Origin: the human T2T-CHM13v2.0 reference genome, Homo sapiens
DNA: 64,000 bases
Direction: 5' to 3' (one strand)
NCBI RefSeq assembly: GCF_009914755.1
Contig: NC_060929.1
The translations under genes were made by a program, and so were the position numbers. A model generated the notes under the pieces. That model had not been told where the DNA came from and ran no database searches. It worked only from the letters and a program-made list of their open reading frames with translations. Below are positions 10,471 through 26,660 of the stretch, in pieces. The first letter of the stretch is position 1, and each line of letters begins with the position of its first letter.

Positions 10471-13334
10471 CTTCTCATAGCCAGGACGTTGCTTACATTA
10501 GTTCTCAACCCCACTGGGACCAATCATTTTTATTGCCAATCTATTTTGGGGCTCTGTTCTCGTGGCAATAAATCATTCTTTCAGAGCTCCCTATTTAACC
10601 TTGTGAGAGCGTGTGTGTGTGGTGGAGGTGCTTACATAAATGCAGTATTTTTAACCTGCCTGGCACGCTTTAGGTTGGCGTTAAATGAATATCTGGAGAA
10701 TAAAGGTTTGTAGTTATTCTGAAGCATCACGTCCTGTCGTGCTTGGTTTCTTTCATTATTAAATCTTACTCGACTCCTCCTGCAGCCCCTGTCTTTCCAG
10801 GGAACAGGTGAAGAAAATCAAGTCTATTAGGGAGAAGCACACATACTTTTATATATTTTGATATGACGGTTTCCTTGTGGAGTATTGAGAGAAGCTTTTC
10901 TTCATATTTATACCTTGAATGCCACTTAGGTAGTTGGCCTGGGGCGGGCTGTGCTACTTCTGTTGGTATTGAGAAGCCTGGCAGCTTTGGTCCTTGTGAG
11001 CACCAATAATGATTGTATTACAAAGTGGGTCCTTGTTACCCTCAATATTTCAAAAATAGAAACTGAAGGAAATGTAATTTGATAGTGAATGTTGGTTTCT
11101 CCTTTTTAGGTGGCACAGTCAGTTTTAGAGGAAAGCAAGGAGATTTCTAAAATTCCTGTAAGTGACTTTCGAGGAATCAAAGAAGTGCAGTAAAGTCATC
11201 ACTGAAAGAAGCTTTTCATTGAGACCTTGTAAACCGACATATTGATGTGGGATATTGTATTTTTTCCCTTTGCAATTTAACTATTTAAGATTCAAATGAA
11301 AATTTAAAGAAGCCATTTCCACCATTTAAATGATTAACCAGATTTAAATGAAGCCGGTGGTGGTGTTCAAAATGAAGCATGTGGTTTACATATGTTTCCT
11401 AAATGTACCCTAAAAATATGTAATTTCAGTGGCCTTTTTTGACCTTTTAAATGTTACGATAAAGTTGAGATTTGTTCTGAACTGCAGGTGAAAGATGTGT
11501 TTGAAGCTGTCATAATCTAAGTCAGCTGTATTCAATATTTACTTTGTTTATTTACTTGACTATCGAGAAAATAAAATTTTATCTCATAACCTTGGCAGAA
11601 TTCCAGAGAAAAGTCTAATTCTTAATCAATAGCCACACTTTACTGCCTAGTAAACTCACTGATATTGATAGGGATGAGCTGTGTTTTACTACAAAAAGCA
11701 GTGATAACACCCTGCCCCCATTCCTCCTCAATTCTATAATGAATTGGCTTTTATTTCCTTAAGTGCATTGTCTTGACAAAATTTTAACAGCGCCACTGGC
11801 AGGAAATAGTAGCGACTCCCTGGACAGTGAAGACTTGGATTTGCGGGAGAATCCCAGTGTATTCTGGTGGAAAGTGCGTGCTCTGACCTCATCCTCCCAT
11901 TTCTTCCAAGTACTCAGCTGCGTAGACTTGGCCAAACTGACAAGGGTGATGGTGTGGTTGGCCTGGTGGATGGAGATGCTGTCTTTTGAATCTTCTCAGC
12001 CTCATTTTAATTAATGGGCTGCAGGGACCAGGCTGGGTCCCCAGCTGGAGCAAGGGGTAAGCGGGTTCGATGTGCATCCACAGGGTTCTCTTCGTCCTAT
12101 TCCAGTTCTGCTGACGCGCTGTTCAGTGGGCCACTGGGAGAGGGAATGAACAGGGAGACTTCCCAGTGACCCTTGCACTTGGGAATTCTGGCTGCTGTTA
12201 CTCAGCGGGAGCTGTTCTGGGAATTCCTATTGCTGTGCCTCTGAACTGAGGGGAAGGGAGCATAGAGGAGTGGTCAGAGGCTTGCGGGGCCCTGCATGTG
12301 CTGCTGGCTTCCTGCTGGACCCCTGGTCTCCTCCCCCTGTGCCCGCAGAACAGGACTTCGCTCTCACTGCCAAGGTGCCCAGCTCCCTGCTAGTTCGTAA
12401 ATCTCAAAGAGAGATACCTGGCTAGATTGTCCAGTGAGGACTCCCAGCTTTTTGATGTTACTGAGCCTTCTGTGCAGACAGTCTTGCTTTTGGGGAATCT
12501 TGCTCTCATGTTTAATGGTTAACAAGTGCATAAACACTCATTTTCGCTTCTCATTCACTCATGGAAACACTTAATTTGCTTACTGAATAGTTGTGTTGTT
12601 ACCTTAATTTCCTCTTTTCTGTCCCCTCTCCACATAAGGAAGCCCCTTGAAACCCAAATTACTAATCACCTGCCCCCCGGGAAAGGTTGTATGTGGGGAA
12701 AGAGAGAGCAAACCAGAGTGAGGCTACGAGCGGGGGGCAGAGGGCATTGACCTCTGAGATTTCTCCCTGTGCCATTTGATGGCAGAGGGGCTGTGGAAAT
12801 GTAAAACCTCGTTTTGGTGATGAACATACTTGAGTTTTAGATTACTGGCTCTTTTCATTAGCCACATGTCTACTCTTGTCTGATGGGGGAGGATTGTAGA
12901 GTAGTCTAGAGCTGGTGTTTTGGAGGCATCTTCCTATTTGGGCTTTGTCATCAATGAGTGCATTTTAGCAGTTACACTGACAGAGAAAGCTTTCATGAAA
13001 ACTTACTCAACACAAAGACTGGATTCTAGGTCTAGGGTACTTTGACTTTGTGGTGTCCACGTGAGTTGATCAGGCTTGTTTTCTCACAGTCTGTAGCCCT
13101 GCTATGGACAGGGATGAATTGCAGGAGGTTTTTCTTGGGGAGGGATTTCAGTGAGTGGCAGCAGATTTGTCCTGGCCGCTCTGTGGACCCCTTTCCTGAA
13201 AGGAGGGGGAGCTGGTGCTGCTCCATTACTGGCTTACTGCAGGGAAGGCCAAGGGGCCCCTTGCTGTCTGTCTGTTGTTGTTAGCATTGAAACTGTGTAG
13301 GTGTGAATAGATCACAAACTATAGTACAGCCATT

Positions 13335-13850
13335 CCATTAATGTTGAGTGAGAGAAGACAGTCTCAAAATGCTGCATGCTGTATGAGTTCCTTTATATGA
13401 CACTGGCAAAAAGACAGAACCGTAGTGACAGAAAACAGATGGGCATTGATTGCCAGGAGTTAGGGGGTGGGGGAGTATGGCTACAAGGGGGCAGGAGGCA
13501 GGTGAAGGATGGGGAACTGATTTGTATTCTGGTTGTGGCAGTTACATGTGTTAAAATTCACAGACCTTTACACACATGCACACAACACACACACACCGTT
13601 TAACTGTATATGTTATTTTAAAATGTGACATTAAAAAAAGGCCAATAATAAACTGGGAGAAAAACTATTACAAATCAAAGGATTATATATATGTAATTAG
13701 TAAAGGGCTCCCTCAAATCAATTAAGACAAGACATATCTAGAAAGAAAATAGGCAAACAATTAAAAGAAGTATGAATGGCCAAAAAATACATATTCAGCC
13801 TCACTCATAATCGAGGAAATGCAGATAGAACCAATGATACCAACAAAAGC
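13335..13850 (+). mobile_element. L1ME-type fragment(s)
   Basis: 'aatgttgagtgagagaagacag...tgtatgagttcctttatatga...agtgacagaaaacagat...attgccagg' is typical of the L1M 3' UTR. Confidence 0.65.
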
Positions 13851-14525
13851 CAAAGCTCATATAAGTAATTATTCTCTAAGTAAACTTGAACAAAATTGAG
13901 TTAATTTGGAAAGATTTTATATCGATTTGAAAGATAGTAATACTTGTGTTCATACTTTGCTATGTAGGACCTAGCTTCTTATAATTGCCCGGGGGTGATC
14001 TAGGGTAATGGTAAAGATAGATAGGGGGAAATAAAGATTCTTTCCTGGGATTCTGTAATACGTGTTAATTTGGAAATCCATCTGGTGTATAAGTCAAATC
14101 TGACTTACAATAATCTTTAGCTATAGACAGTTACCATTTTTGCTGCTTCAAAATTTCCCACTCCCATGATTTGTGCTGCTGTCCAGATCGAAGATGACAA
14201 GTGGCCCATGCAGGATGATCTTCAGCGCCTCACAGTTCCTGGTGCGAAAGAAGAAGTTTAGTTTCATCTGGAGGGCTTCGTTCCTACATGAGTAACTATA
14301 GGAGGTCATTTGCCCTCTGTTCTTAGGCATTCTTGTATATAATTGACAGCTACCTATTTCACGGTATTGACAATTAATAAATGGATTTATGAAGTGTTAG
14401 CCCCACCTACTTTTAAGACTCATAACCATAAAACTATGCATGAACTTGAGAAAAACACAGTTCAAATTTACACGTATAATCCTAAAATATTTTTAAATGG
14501 GGTTTGTTGGTGCCTGTTTTTTCAT

Positions 14526-14527
14526 TG

Positions 14528-14578
<51 letters not shown>
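14526..14578. repeat. (TG)n / (TATG)n microsatellite
   Basis: About 20 TG units with one interruption, then TATG repeats. Confidence 0.9.
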
Positions 14579-14579
<1 letters not shown>

Positions 14580-15453
14580 GGTATATCTCTTGGAAAGTCA
14601 TAAAATACCCCTCTTTGGATTTCTGTGGAATAGGTGGTTTCAGTGCAAGAATGAATGAATATATCGGAGACTAATACTTGAAATCTATTTTCAAAGAACT
14701 CGTGTTTCCTAGTATATATGAAGTGACATGTATAAATGACATGAATGCTTTCAGGCAAAATGTTTAGATTGTGATTTGAAAATGATGTGCATATGAGAAG
14801 TCGTTAAGATGTTGGCCAAAACAGTGTGTGTATAAATTGATCTCCATTGTTTATTCATTTTGCTTTGCTTCCTCTTGCATTGACCCATCCACTTTTTCAA
14901 GTTCACAATGATTCTTTTTTGCTGCTGCCATTGAAGGATGCCACTGATACCTGTGAGAGGGCACTCTTTGGCATTTGCATTCTGAAAGTTTTGCATTTTC
15001 TTATTTGTGTTTACTTTTTAAGTTCATCCTTGTTCTGCATGACAGATATGCCAGGGCCTGCAGGAATAGCATTAAAATTCTGTTGTTTTTTAGATAACTT
15101 TATTAGTTTAAGTTTTAAATGATAAGGACCGAGAGCTACAATTCCTCTGTTTTTTATTCTGAAGCTGAACCACACAAATATTGAAAAACAATGCTTTGAC
15201 TGGAGTGTTATATATATTTCCACCTAACTAGCTTCACACAATAAAATCTCTAAAGTTTAAATTGCCCAATATTTTGACATCTAAATAACTGGAATAAATC
15301 CCTCATTAGTCTAATAGTAAACAAATAGATTTCTCATTTGTAGGTGGCTTTTTAAAAAATTTAAGTTCATGATTATGAGAAATTCTTCCCAGCGTTCACT
15401 GCCCTTTTCAGTACCAGAGTGATGAAAGCTGGCATGCAAGGGAACATTACTAG

Positions 15454-15822
<369 letters not shown>

Positions 15823-18339
15823 GTATTTCACGCTTTTTAAGAGTCACTTCACCTCCATCTAAATTTTGTTGCACTTACCCTAATATGTCTTGGGTCCAGG
15901 AGCCTGGAGAACGGGTGCTAATTTGATGGTTTCAGGCTGTACCTTTTACTCACGTGCCAATTCAGATCAGTGCATCCTGATGGGTTGCCCATAGGAGAGC
16001 AGCTCTTCATGGCAGGGGCTTCACTGTAGAGTCATTTAGTGCCAGAATGTTGTTAGTAGGTAAATTTTGTTAGTTGGTTGGTATACATATTACTTTTCCA
16101 ATATTTAATTGCAGAATTTGCAGGATTCATTGTTAGGCCTTTCTCTCATACCTCATGGGTATTGTTTATTAGGGCCAGCCTCAACTCTGCTGGAGTCTGA
16201 ATTCTCATAAGGTTCAGCCTGTTTGTAAGACGGAAGCTGTCCACTGAACCAAAGAGCTGGAAGCCTTCGAAAGGCATGCAAGATTGAGGTGGAATCACAC
16301 AGATTTTCGGTGATAACCTGCAGAGTGGACGATGGAGGCTTTGGAAAGTAGGATGGCAGCCTTGCAACAGCCTGCCCCTGGCCATGCTTGCCACACCCTT
16401 GCTATCCTCTAAATCTTTAACAGCAGCTGCCAGGGAGCAGCAAGAGAGGCCAGGACCCCTGTCACGTGGGATGAGATAGCACCTTTGGAATTGTGCTCCA
16501 TAGGAAAGTAGAATAAGCACATCTGCAAAGTAGTAACCTGCTTGCAATGTCATAGGATGAGATTTAAGATACTGTGTTTATTTCTTTTTCTCCCAAAGCT
16601 GTAAGTCCCATCCTGTTCTCTAAGAAAACCTGGTAAAATCTTCCTCTTCACTGTTATCTCTGTATTGCCACCACTGGTTTTACCATCCAAGGGCCTGTAC
16701 TTTGCCAGGCACTGTGCAGAGTGTTTTATATACTTTTCCTTGGATAGAAGCAGCTCCCCCTCCTTCAGCAGGTGGATGCCATTCCTGGGTTGTGGATGAG
16801 GATGTCTGCTTCTGGTAGGGCAAGCGACCTGCTTGCCCCATTTGACTCTGTTTGTGAGGGCCTGAATTGGAATTTAAGCCCAGGGCTGGCAGATTACAAA
16901 GCCCCCTCCATGCCCCTTCCCTCTCATGGAAGGAGAGAGTAGGCATGACCCCTCCTCTATACAGCATCCCACAGCCTCCTGGATTTTCATTTTAAAATCC
17001 TGAGAATTGAATTTGTGTATACTCGTGTGTTAAGGATCAAAGCTATAATTTACAAGTCTCACACCAAATAAAACTTGAGTGAAAGATTCCAGGCTATAGC
17101 AAGTATTTTTCTCATGTTGGTTTGGGCCCTGTAATTTAGTTTCTGTGCCTTTCCTCTTCTCACCTAATTAATACTGATGTTACCTTTTACGTAAATAACC
17201 CTAGCAGTCCCAGCTTTCCGGTGGAGGCATGTTGGCTCTGTTGAGTTTTACAGGCTCCCCCGGCTCACAGTCTGGGGAGAAATCCTGATTGAAATCTTGG
17301 CCCTCTGTTTTCTTGGCTGTCTGGACTTGGACTCAAGTGTTGGATAGGAAATCTCTGGCTGTTAATGTGGGGGTTGGGAGTACGGGAAGGGCGGGGAGAG
17401 GCTGGCCAGGGAGGGAGGTTTCCCAGCCCTTGCTGTGTGTGACACATTAGAACACTACCAGGGCTTCCTTTCTAACTTAGGAAAGGAACGGGGCCGGGGA
17501 GTGAGAGGGGCAGGAGGGCACCACGGAGCTGCCTTTTTGGGGTTGGTTTTATAAAATGGTTGTGGTCACTCCTGGTTTTGCTATATATAGCTGTTTCGTT
17601 GTAGCCACTCATTTTTTTGCTGTTTTTCATCAAAATGTGCACGTAGATGATATTTAGTTGGGGGAAGCAGGGTCATTTCCTTCCCACTGTCTCAGGCACG
17701 TGTCCTAGGCTGTTCTGTGTGTGGGTTGCGTTCTCATCAGCCATACCTCATGTGGTCCCCTCACAGTCAATGGCATGATTTTATGGGATGCTTGCTCAGG
17801 TTTATGCCCACATAAAACTTCTGAGCTGTTGTTTTCGAGCATCATTTCCACACTGGGAATATGCTCTGTTTTTCTGTGTGACTCCACGTTTACTTTGGAG
17901 TTTTAATATTTCAGTCAGGATGATTGAAATGCTGGTCTCTTGAAGGCAGACACTGTATAATCAGAAGGTAGATTGTGCTCTAAACATTTACCAGTCACTT
18001 CCTCCTAGTTTGCCCTAGGAGTTTCTAAAACTTTCAAGCTTTTACATTTTTATGTAATTCTTTCCGTTTGAAGATTTCTAGGATTAAAAGGATTGGCCTT
18101 TAAGACCCTGGGTTGCTTTTGACCTGCTATTGTAGTATATCTTTTATTTTAAACTAATAAAGGTGATACAAAGCTCAGGTCCGAATTAACTTAGTTGAAT
18201 TGTGATTTTGCTGTGTAGTTTTTGGTCATTTAGTTGGTCCATGTATTAATTGTGGATTACATCTAAAGTTATTTCGGGGTGGGGGTAAACTTACTTTGAG
18301 AAGGCAGAACTCATCATGCTCAAAGAAGCAAGAACAGCT

Positions 18340-19860
18340 TCAGATCCCCAGTTGTAAGTATTTCACCACTTCTGCTTTGTCTTCCTCTGCTTCTCTTTCT
18401 GGATATAGCTAATTTACATGTTATCTTGTTTCTGAACCATTTGAGAGTAGGTTACAAATATGATGATGTCCCTTACCTCTAAATGGTTCAGTGCATATTT
18501 TCTAAGAGTGAGGACATGCTCTTACATAGTGATCATAATCAGGAAATTAGTTTTGATATGATATCATGATCTAAATCACTAACTTTAACACCTTTTTACC
18601 AATTGTCTCAGGATTGTCCTTTTTGGCAGTTAAAAAAATTATGGTCCAGGATCTCACTCAGGACCATGTTACATTTAGTTTGTCGTATCTCTTCAGTTTC
18701 CTTGAATTTGGAACATCTCCTCAGCCTGTCTCCCTTGTTACCCTGATAGTTTTGACGATTACATGGTGGTTATTTTAAAGACTACCTCCCAGTTTGGGTT
18801 GCCTGATTCTCATGACTAAATTCAGGCTGTGCATTTTTGGCAGAAGGGCTGCATCCTTTTTGGAGCATCGTGTCTGGGAACATGTGATATCCACTGTCCC
18901 ACTGTGGTGATGAGCACTTTGATCACTTGGTTCAGGTGATGACTTGCAGGTCTCTCCACCCTATTTGTCCCTTTGTCATTAGTTAGCATTTTGTGGGGAG
19001 ATAATTTGAGGCTGTTCCTCTCCCTTCTTTCATTTGCTAGTTGTAGCATCCATTGATGATCTTCACCTGAATCAGTTATTAATATGATGGTTGCGAAATG
19101 TTGATTTTTTTTCTAACTTTGTAATTCCTTTTGTATTTAGTTGACTTTGTACTATAAGGAAGAGCTTTCCTTATCTTCCACTTATTTATTTATATAAGTA
19201 TGGCCTCAGAAATTCCTGTTTTATGCAATGAGCTATGATCTTTTGCTGTCACTTAGTTTGATGCTGTAATTATCTAAGATTTGGCTAGTGGGAGCCCCTT
19301 CATCCTGGCTCTTTTATCTTTTGTGACCTGTCTCCATCATTTTTTTGGAGCACTTTCTTACTTTCTGGCACAATAAACTGTTCCAGGTGCACCTTGTGCT
19401 TTCCTTGCCCCAGGGCTGGGATCAGCCATTTCTCCAAGGAGCCCTTGGAGAAATGGTTCATTTTAGTAGTGAATGGTATTTAGAAACACGATCTAGGCAC
19501 TAAGCGTGCTCATTGCTACAGAGTTGTCCTTGCTTTTAGGGCCTCTCAGTAGACAGAGCTAAGAAGTGTATGCGTGTATGTGTGTGTATGTATGCATACA
19601 CATAGACATTAATTACACATATGCAAACGTGATTGAGATCTCTTTCTGCACCTCTTGGTGATAAAAACCATATGTTTAGACTCAGTGTGTCCAATTCCAA
19701 TACAGTACCACAGGGTGCATTTTAGTCTTTCCTCTTCCGTATTTGTAATTCCCTTCTCTGACAGTGAAAAACCTGGCTCCTTTTATCCTCCGTATCTTTA
19801 CTTATTCACTCAATCCTAGAATATGCAGAAAGTAATTTGAGAATGCTAACCCACACCACG
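18340..19860 (-). mobile_element. Old L1M (L1MC-type) fragment
   Basis: 'ttctgaaccatttgagagtaggtt', 'tttggctagtgggagcccctt', 'cagccatttctccaaggagccc'. Confidence 0.8.
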
Positions 19861-20528
19861 GTGATAAATGAACCTCCACCCCCAAGTTTAAACTGTTCAA
19901 ATCAGCAGTTAGTGGTCAGCTTCTGTTCAGCTCAGTGCCTTGTCAGTTAGTCATCCAAACAAAACAGATGAAGTAATGCTCTGCAGTTCCCCAGGGGCAT
20001 GTTTAAGAAAAGAGCTGCCAGACTCCATCAACAGCTTACTTTCTGGTGATGTCGGAGCACAAAATTGAAAAATCAGGAGTCGCCAGAGAAGAAAGGGAGA
20101 TTAATTTCATACAGTTTATAAAAAGGACACCTGTTGTGGGAAAAACAGTTTGTCATCTTCATCTCAATGTACAAATTGCCAAAGAGAAGAAATAAAAAGG
20201 AAAGTGTTGAGCCAGTGAGAATGGGTGTGTAGAGGAGGATGGGTCGAGCGGACCTTTCTCAGGGATCCAGTACATTCTACAAGGAGGAGAAGAAGCTGAG
20301 TTCATGTGTTGGAGTAAGCTGTGAGTCATGACTTGAAAGACTGTTGCTTACTGCCCTTCATTGACTAAATATTTCTTCCCAGAAACCACCTGCAGTAAAT
20401 TCAAAGCAGCTATGTTTCTGCCTCAGTGCGGGATTTCTGGGAACTGAGTTTATGTGCAGTCAGTCCCAGAAATCATGGAACGGTGGGTGAGATCTTAGGA
20501 TTTCATTTGCTGTTCTGTATTTTTCTTT

Positions 20529-20762
20529 TCTCTCTCTCTTTCTCTCTCTCTCCCCCTCCCCGCCTCCCTCCCTGTGTCTCCCTCTCTCTCCCTGTCTCCC
20601 TCTCTCTCCCTGTCTCCCTCTCTCTCCCTGTCTCCCTCTCTCTCCCTGTCTCCCTCTCTCTCCCTGTCTCCCTCTCTCTCCCTGTCTCCCTCTCTCTCCC
20701 TGTCTCTCTCTCTCTCCCTGTCTCTCTCTCTCTCTCCCTGTCTCTCTCTTTCTCTCTTTCTT
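20529..20762. repeat. Polypyrimidine minisatellite, 18-bp unit CCCTGTCTCCCTCTCTCT (~9-10 copies)
   Basis: Read directly; gives SLSLPV repeats in the ORF track. Confidence 0.92.
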
Positions 20763-21044
20763 TCGAGACAGGGTCTTGTTCTTGCCCAGGCTGGAGTGCA
20801 GTAGTATGATCTCGGCTCACTGCAGCCTCCATCTTCTGGGCTCAAGTGATCCTGCCTCAGTCTCCTAAGTAGCTGAGACTTTGAGCATGTGCCACGACAC
20901 CCAGCTAATTTTTGTATCTTTTTTTGTAGAGATGGGGTTTCGCCATGTTGCCCAGGCTGGTCTTGAACTCCTGGGCTCAAGCGATCCACCTGCCTCAGTC
21001 TCCCAAAGGCTTGAGATTATACACAGGAGCCACTGCACCCAGCC
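20763..21044 (-). mobile_element. AluJ
   Basis: AluJ features (cactgcagcctc, ctgggctcaagcgatcc); TSD tgttctgt(a/g)tttttct at 20511 and 21045. Confidence 0.9.
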
Positions 21045-21301
21045 TGTTCTGTGTTTTTCTACATTAAATGATGACACGGATATTACGTCGCTGACTTGGG
21101 GAGACAGTCTCAGTTTCATATATTATGTTCTGTACTGCCCATAAACATCCTCATGCTTGTTAGATTGTGTTCTGGAAAATTTGGCCTCTGTATTTCTAGC
21201 AACCCTTTCTATGATGACACATTTTAGCAAGAAAAAAAATCATAATTTGCTTATTAATATTTTAATGGAGAAGGGCTTTTGATATTAGAAAACTGGGAAT
21301 A

Positions 21302-21594
<293 letters not shown>

Positions 21595-21675
21595 TCTGGG
21601 AGTAAAAAGTCATGACTAGGGGTAGTGAGAATGACTGCTAATAGGTCAAACATTCTGAGGAAAGTTTTTGAGCTA

Positions 21676-22015
<340 letters not shown>

Positions 22016-22714
22016 ACAAAAAGTCATGGCTAAATGTGTGATACATTTCAGATTTTGAAATAGCTTCAGTTATTGAGTGTTTACTATGTATAAGCCACTT
22101 AATTTTCCTACCCCTTACAAAGTAGGCAGTGATAACATTATACCTGAGGAAATGGAACTCAGAGAGGTTTTTTAACTTGCCCCAGCTCAGGTGGCTATAG
22201 GGACAAGGTTACCACGCGCACAGTGGGTTCTGCCGGGGGTGGAATCCGCCTGTGCTGGTGTCTCCTACTCTGACGTGCGTCTCTTATGGAGGAATTTGAC
22301 TCAGTTTTTTCTACTCCCACTCCCCCTCTCCCTTTTTTTGGTGTTAGAAAAAGTGAAATCACCTCTATTTGAAGGAGGGGATTGTGGATAAGATTTGACC
22401 AGGTTTCAGTTGTGATTTGATGGCATATTTGGAAATTTTGTGGAAAAACCTGGGTTAACTTTTCAGGAAATCGCAGTCAAAAAAAAAAAAAAAGAGAGAG
22501 AGACTTTGCTTCCCTGTAGATTGTTTCAGTCCTGGTGGTGTCTTTTGAGATAGTGAAGAGCATAGCTGAAAAAGTGGAAACTGATGATGCTTTAGCTTTT
22601 ATTGTTTTTTAAACATTCTGGGAAAGTTGAAGGGAGAGGCAACTTTCTGCTATGCTTCTCCTGAAAGTGATATTAACATTAAAAATCGGTGTCATTGTTT
22701 TTCTGCTAGTGTGA

Positions 22715-23021
<307 letters not shown>

Positions 23022-24070
23022 GAGCTTTATATTCTTGAATATTGGAGTCACCTCTGCTCACCAGCATATAGACCGAGACATAGAGTATGTTGTTAGACTC
23101 TAAAACAGAAACGGCATTAATTTGCATAAAATCGCATATGCTCTGTTGCAATAATTTTCATTGTGCCTGTTTTAGAATTGAGTTGACACTTCATACAGAG
23201 TATTCCAACTCAATTAAAAAAGAGACATCGCAGAAGAATTTGTGTGGCTTTGAAATTTATTTTGGGCACAGTCCCTGAAAGAAATGAGCCTCTAAGGACT
23301 TTTGTTCTTTGTGGTGTTTTGAAACCTTCTCGCCAGTTATATACATTAAGAACACGTAGAGCAGGTTGGGGTTGGTCTGCTGGGTAGAATGCCTGCAAAG
23401 GGACCAGAGGTCTGTCAGAACAAGAGTCTCTTAGTGCAGTGCCTCCCGCCGGGGGGTGACCTTTTCATGATGTTTGGACTGTCATCTTTGTTTCCCAGTT
23501 TCAAATGCCTAGCTCAGAATTATTTAGTGCTTGAAGTGGTTTTCATCTTCAAAGGACGTTATGGACATTATTTAATATACATGACACTGTGTAATGAATG
23601 AGCTGTTTATCCCTTGAGTAACGTCAACATGCCAGGTGCCATACAGCTGGAGAAGACAAAAATAATACTCTGTCCAGTGGGAGCTGATAGTCTAAAGAGG
23701 CAAGATGATTAGGCAGATTCTCTCTTTTGGCCTCTTTTAAAAATGTGCTGGGGAATAATGTAGAAATTAAAATTATAAAAGATGATCAACTAGCTCAAGT
23801 CTACCTAATTGAAATTGCCCTCAAGGTGGAAATGAAATTTGAGATGCTCTTAAAAAGACATCATGTGTTAGCTCCCATTTATCACACATTTACTGGTACA
23901 CGCCTATTTTACTTGTGTTACAGGTGAGGAATTTGGTGAAGACCAGTGCAGAATTATTCTCAGATCTCCTTCCCGACTCGTCCCTTTCTCCCACTGAAGC
24001 TCCTCTTTTTGTTTGCATGGTCTAGGATGGCACTTTGTAACCAAGGCCACATGTGATGCCCAAACATACA

Positions 24071-24361
24071 TTTATTATTTTTTTTGAGATGGAGTCTTGC
24101 TCTGTCGCCCAGGCTGGAGTGCAGCGGTGTGATTTTGACTCACTCTATCTTCTGCCTCCTGGGTTCAAGCGATTCTCCTGCCTTAGTCTCCTTGTAACTG
24201 GGATTACAGGCATGCGCCACCACACCCGGCTAATTTTTGTATTTTTGTAGAGATGGGGTTTCACCATGTTGGCCAGGCTGGTCTTGAACTCCTGACCTCC
24301 AGTGATACACCTTGGCCTCCCAAAGTGCTGGGATTACAGGTGTGAGCTACCATGCCTGGCT
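24071..24361 (-). mobile_element. AluS
   Basis: Reversed dimer; TSD caaaca(t/c)acattt. Confidence 0.92.
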
Positions 24362-24757
24362 CAAACACACATTTCTTAGTTGCAGATCAGTCTGTCCTTT
24401 GTAGCTGGGCAGACCTCCTGGGAAACTTGGACTTCTTGCCCCTGTTGGCCTGTGTGTCTTGTGCTCTTGTACCTGTACCTCTTTGTGTTTGCTGTTCCCT
24501 CTTCTTCCTGGTTTCCCTTCCTAACTCAGCTCAAACATCCTTTCCTTTGGAAAACTGCACTTGACCATCCTGTCCCAGCCTCTTGAGGCCCATTGGTGTT
24601 GGCATGACACTTTGTGAGAACTGGATTCTGGACTGGTTCCTTTGGGTTATAATTGTTCCTTCACTCGTGAGTTTGAGTTGCTGGGACCTCTGACCCCAGC
24701 GCCGGCCCAGAGCAGTCCCCAGGTAGAAGTGCAGTAGATGGTTGTTGTGATTTATGC

Positions 24758-25220
24758 CTGTGGTTCCTTAACTCAGATTTTAGCATAATTACCTGGAAAG
24801 TTTTCTTTAAAAATACAGAATCCCTAGAGATTCTGATTTAGTGGTTCTAGATTAGGCCCCTAGAAATGTATTTTGAAAAAACTCTACTTGTAGTTTGTTT
24901 TGAGACAGCGTCTCACCCTGTCACCCAGGCTAGAGTTCAGTGGTGTGATTATGGCTTACTGCAGCCTTCACCTTGTGGGCTCAGGCGATCCACCCACCTT
25001 AGCCTCCTGAGTAGCTGGGATTGCAGGTGCATACCACTATGCCTGGCTAGTTTTTTGTAGAAATGGGGTCTTGCCATGGAGGCCAGGCAGGTCTCAACCT
25101 CCTGGACTCCAGCCATCTGCCTGTCTTGGCCTCCTGAAGTGCTGGGATTCCAGGTGTGAACCGCCATGCCTGGTCTCTACTGGGAATTTAGACGCACAGC
25201 TAGGGTTAGGAACCACCGAG
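24758..25220. mobile_element. MER5-type hAT-Charlie MITE split by an AluJ
   Basis: 'tggttccttaact...agagattctgatttagtggttct' on the left and 'gggttaggaaccaccg' on the right (terminal inverted-repeat-like ends). Confidence 0.6.
24893..25175 (-). mobile_element. AluJ inside MER5
   Basis: Diverged reversed dimer flanked by ctctact. Confidence 0.85.
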
Positions 25221-25889
25221 TTATGCCAAGGCACAGTATTAGTTGTGGGTTATGGAATCACGGCCAATTTGGAGTAAGGTGTAAGTGCAGTTTGCAGAAT
25301 CATTCCATTCACATATCTGGAGAGAGTGGAGAAAATGAATGCAGTCCCTTTATGATGAGGATGTGCTCCATGAAGGAGAAGATCCTGGCTCGTGGAGGAG
25401 CTTCCTGCTCTGTGAACATACTGAAGGCACAATTGGCCCTTCAAACTCTCATTTGAAGTCACTGTGTTGCCATAGAGATATTGTGTAGTGTTGAAGGAGA
25501 TTAGAGAAATCATGTCGTAAATTATCAGAACAGATGGCTTGTAATTTAACACTCTTCTAGCCCATATTCTTTGTACTGACCTTGAGAACATTGAAGGTAT
25601 CAGTTTTTACTTTGTTCTTTTACCTATAAAAATGGCAGAGTTCATATTGAGTGAGATCTAAAATGGGTATTAGATATGCCACATACACAGTGTGGTATGT
25701 GAAAGCATTTTAGGAGTGGCTTCCTTAACTTTGCTTGTATATTTTCCCCTCAGTTCCCTGGATATATAGAATAATGAGCCTGTCTTCCTTATTATTTTGA
25801 TAGCACTGGTCAGGGATCATTTTTATATCCTGGCTTGATGATAATCGTATTCCTTTGCAAGTGCAGTTCTGTTTGCAAGTATTATATGA

Positions 25890-26660
<771 letters not shown>

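Noticed and set aside
20570-20750. Regular repeat array that might be read as CRISPR-like
   Set aside because: Head-to-tail tandem units without unique spacers, in a primate intron, with no cas genes.
20426-20989. ORFs with SLSLPV, RERET or REREGD repeats
   Set aside because: Translations of the 18-bp minisatellite and the adjacent Alu.
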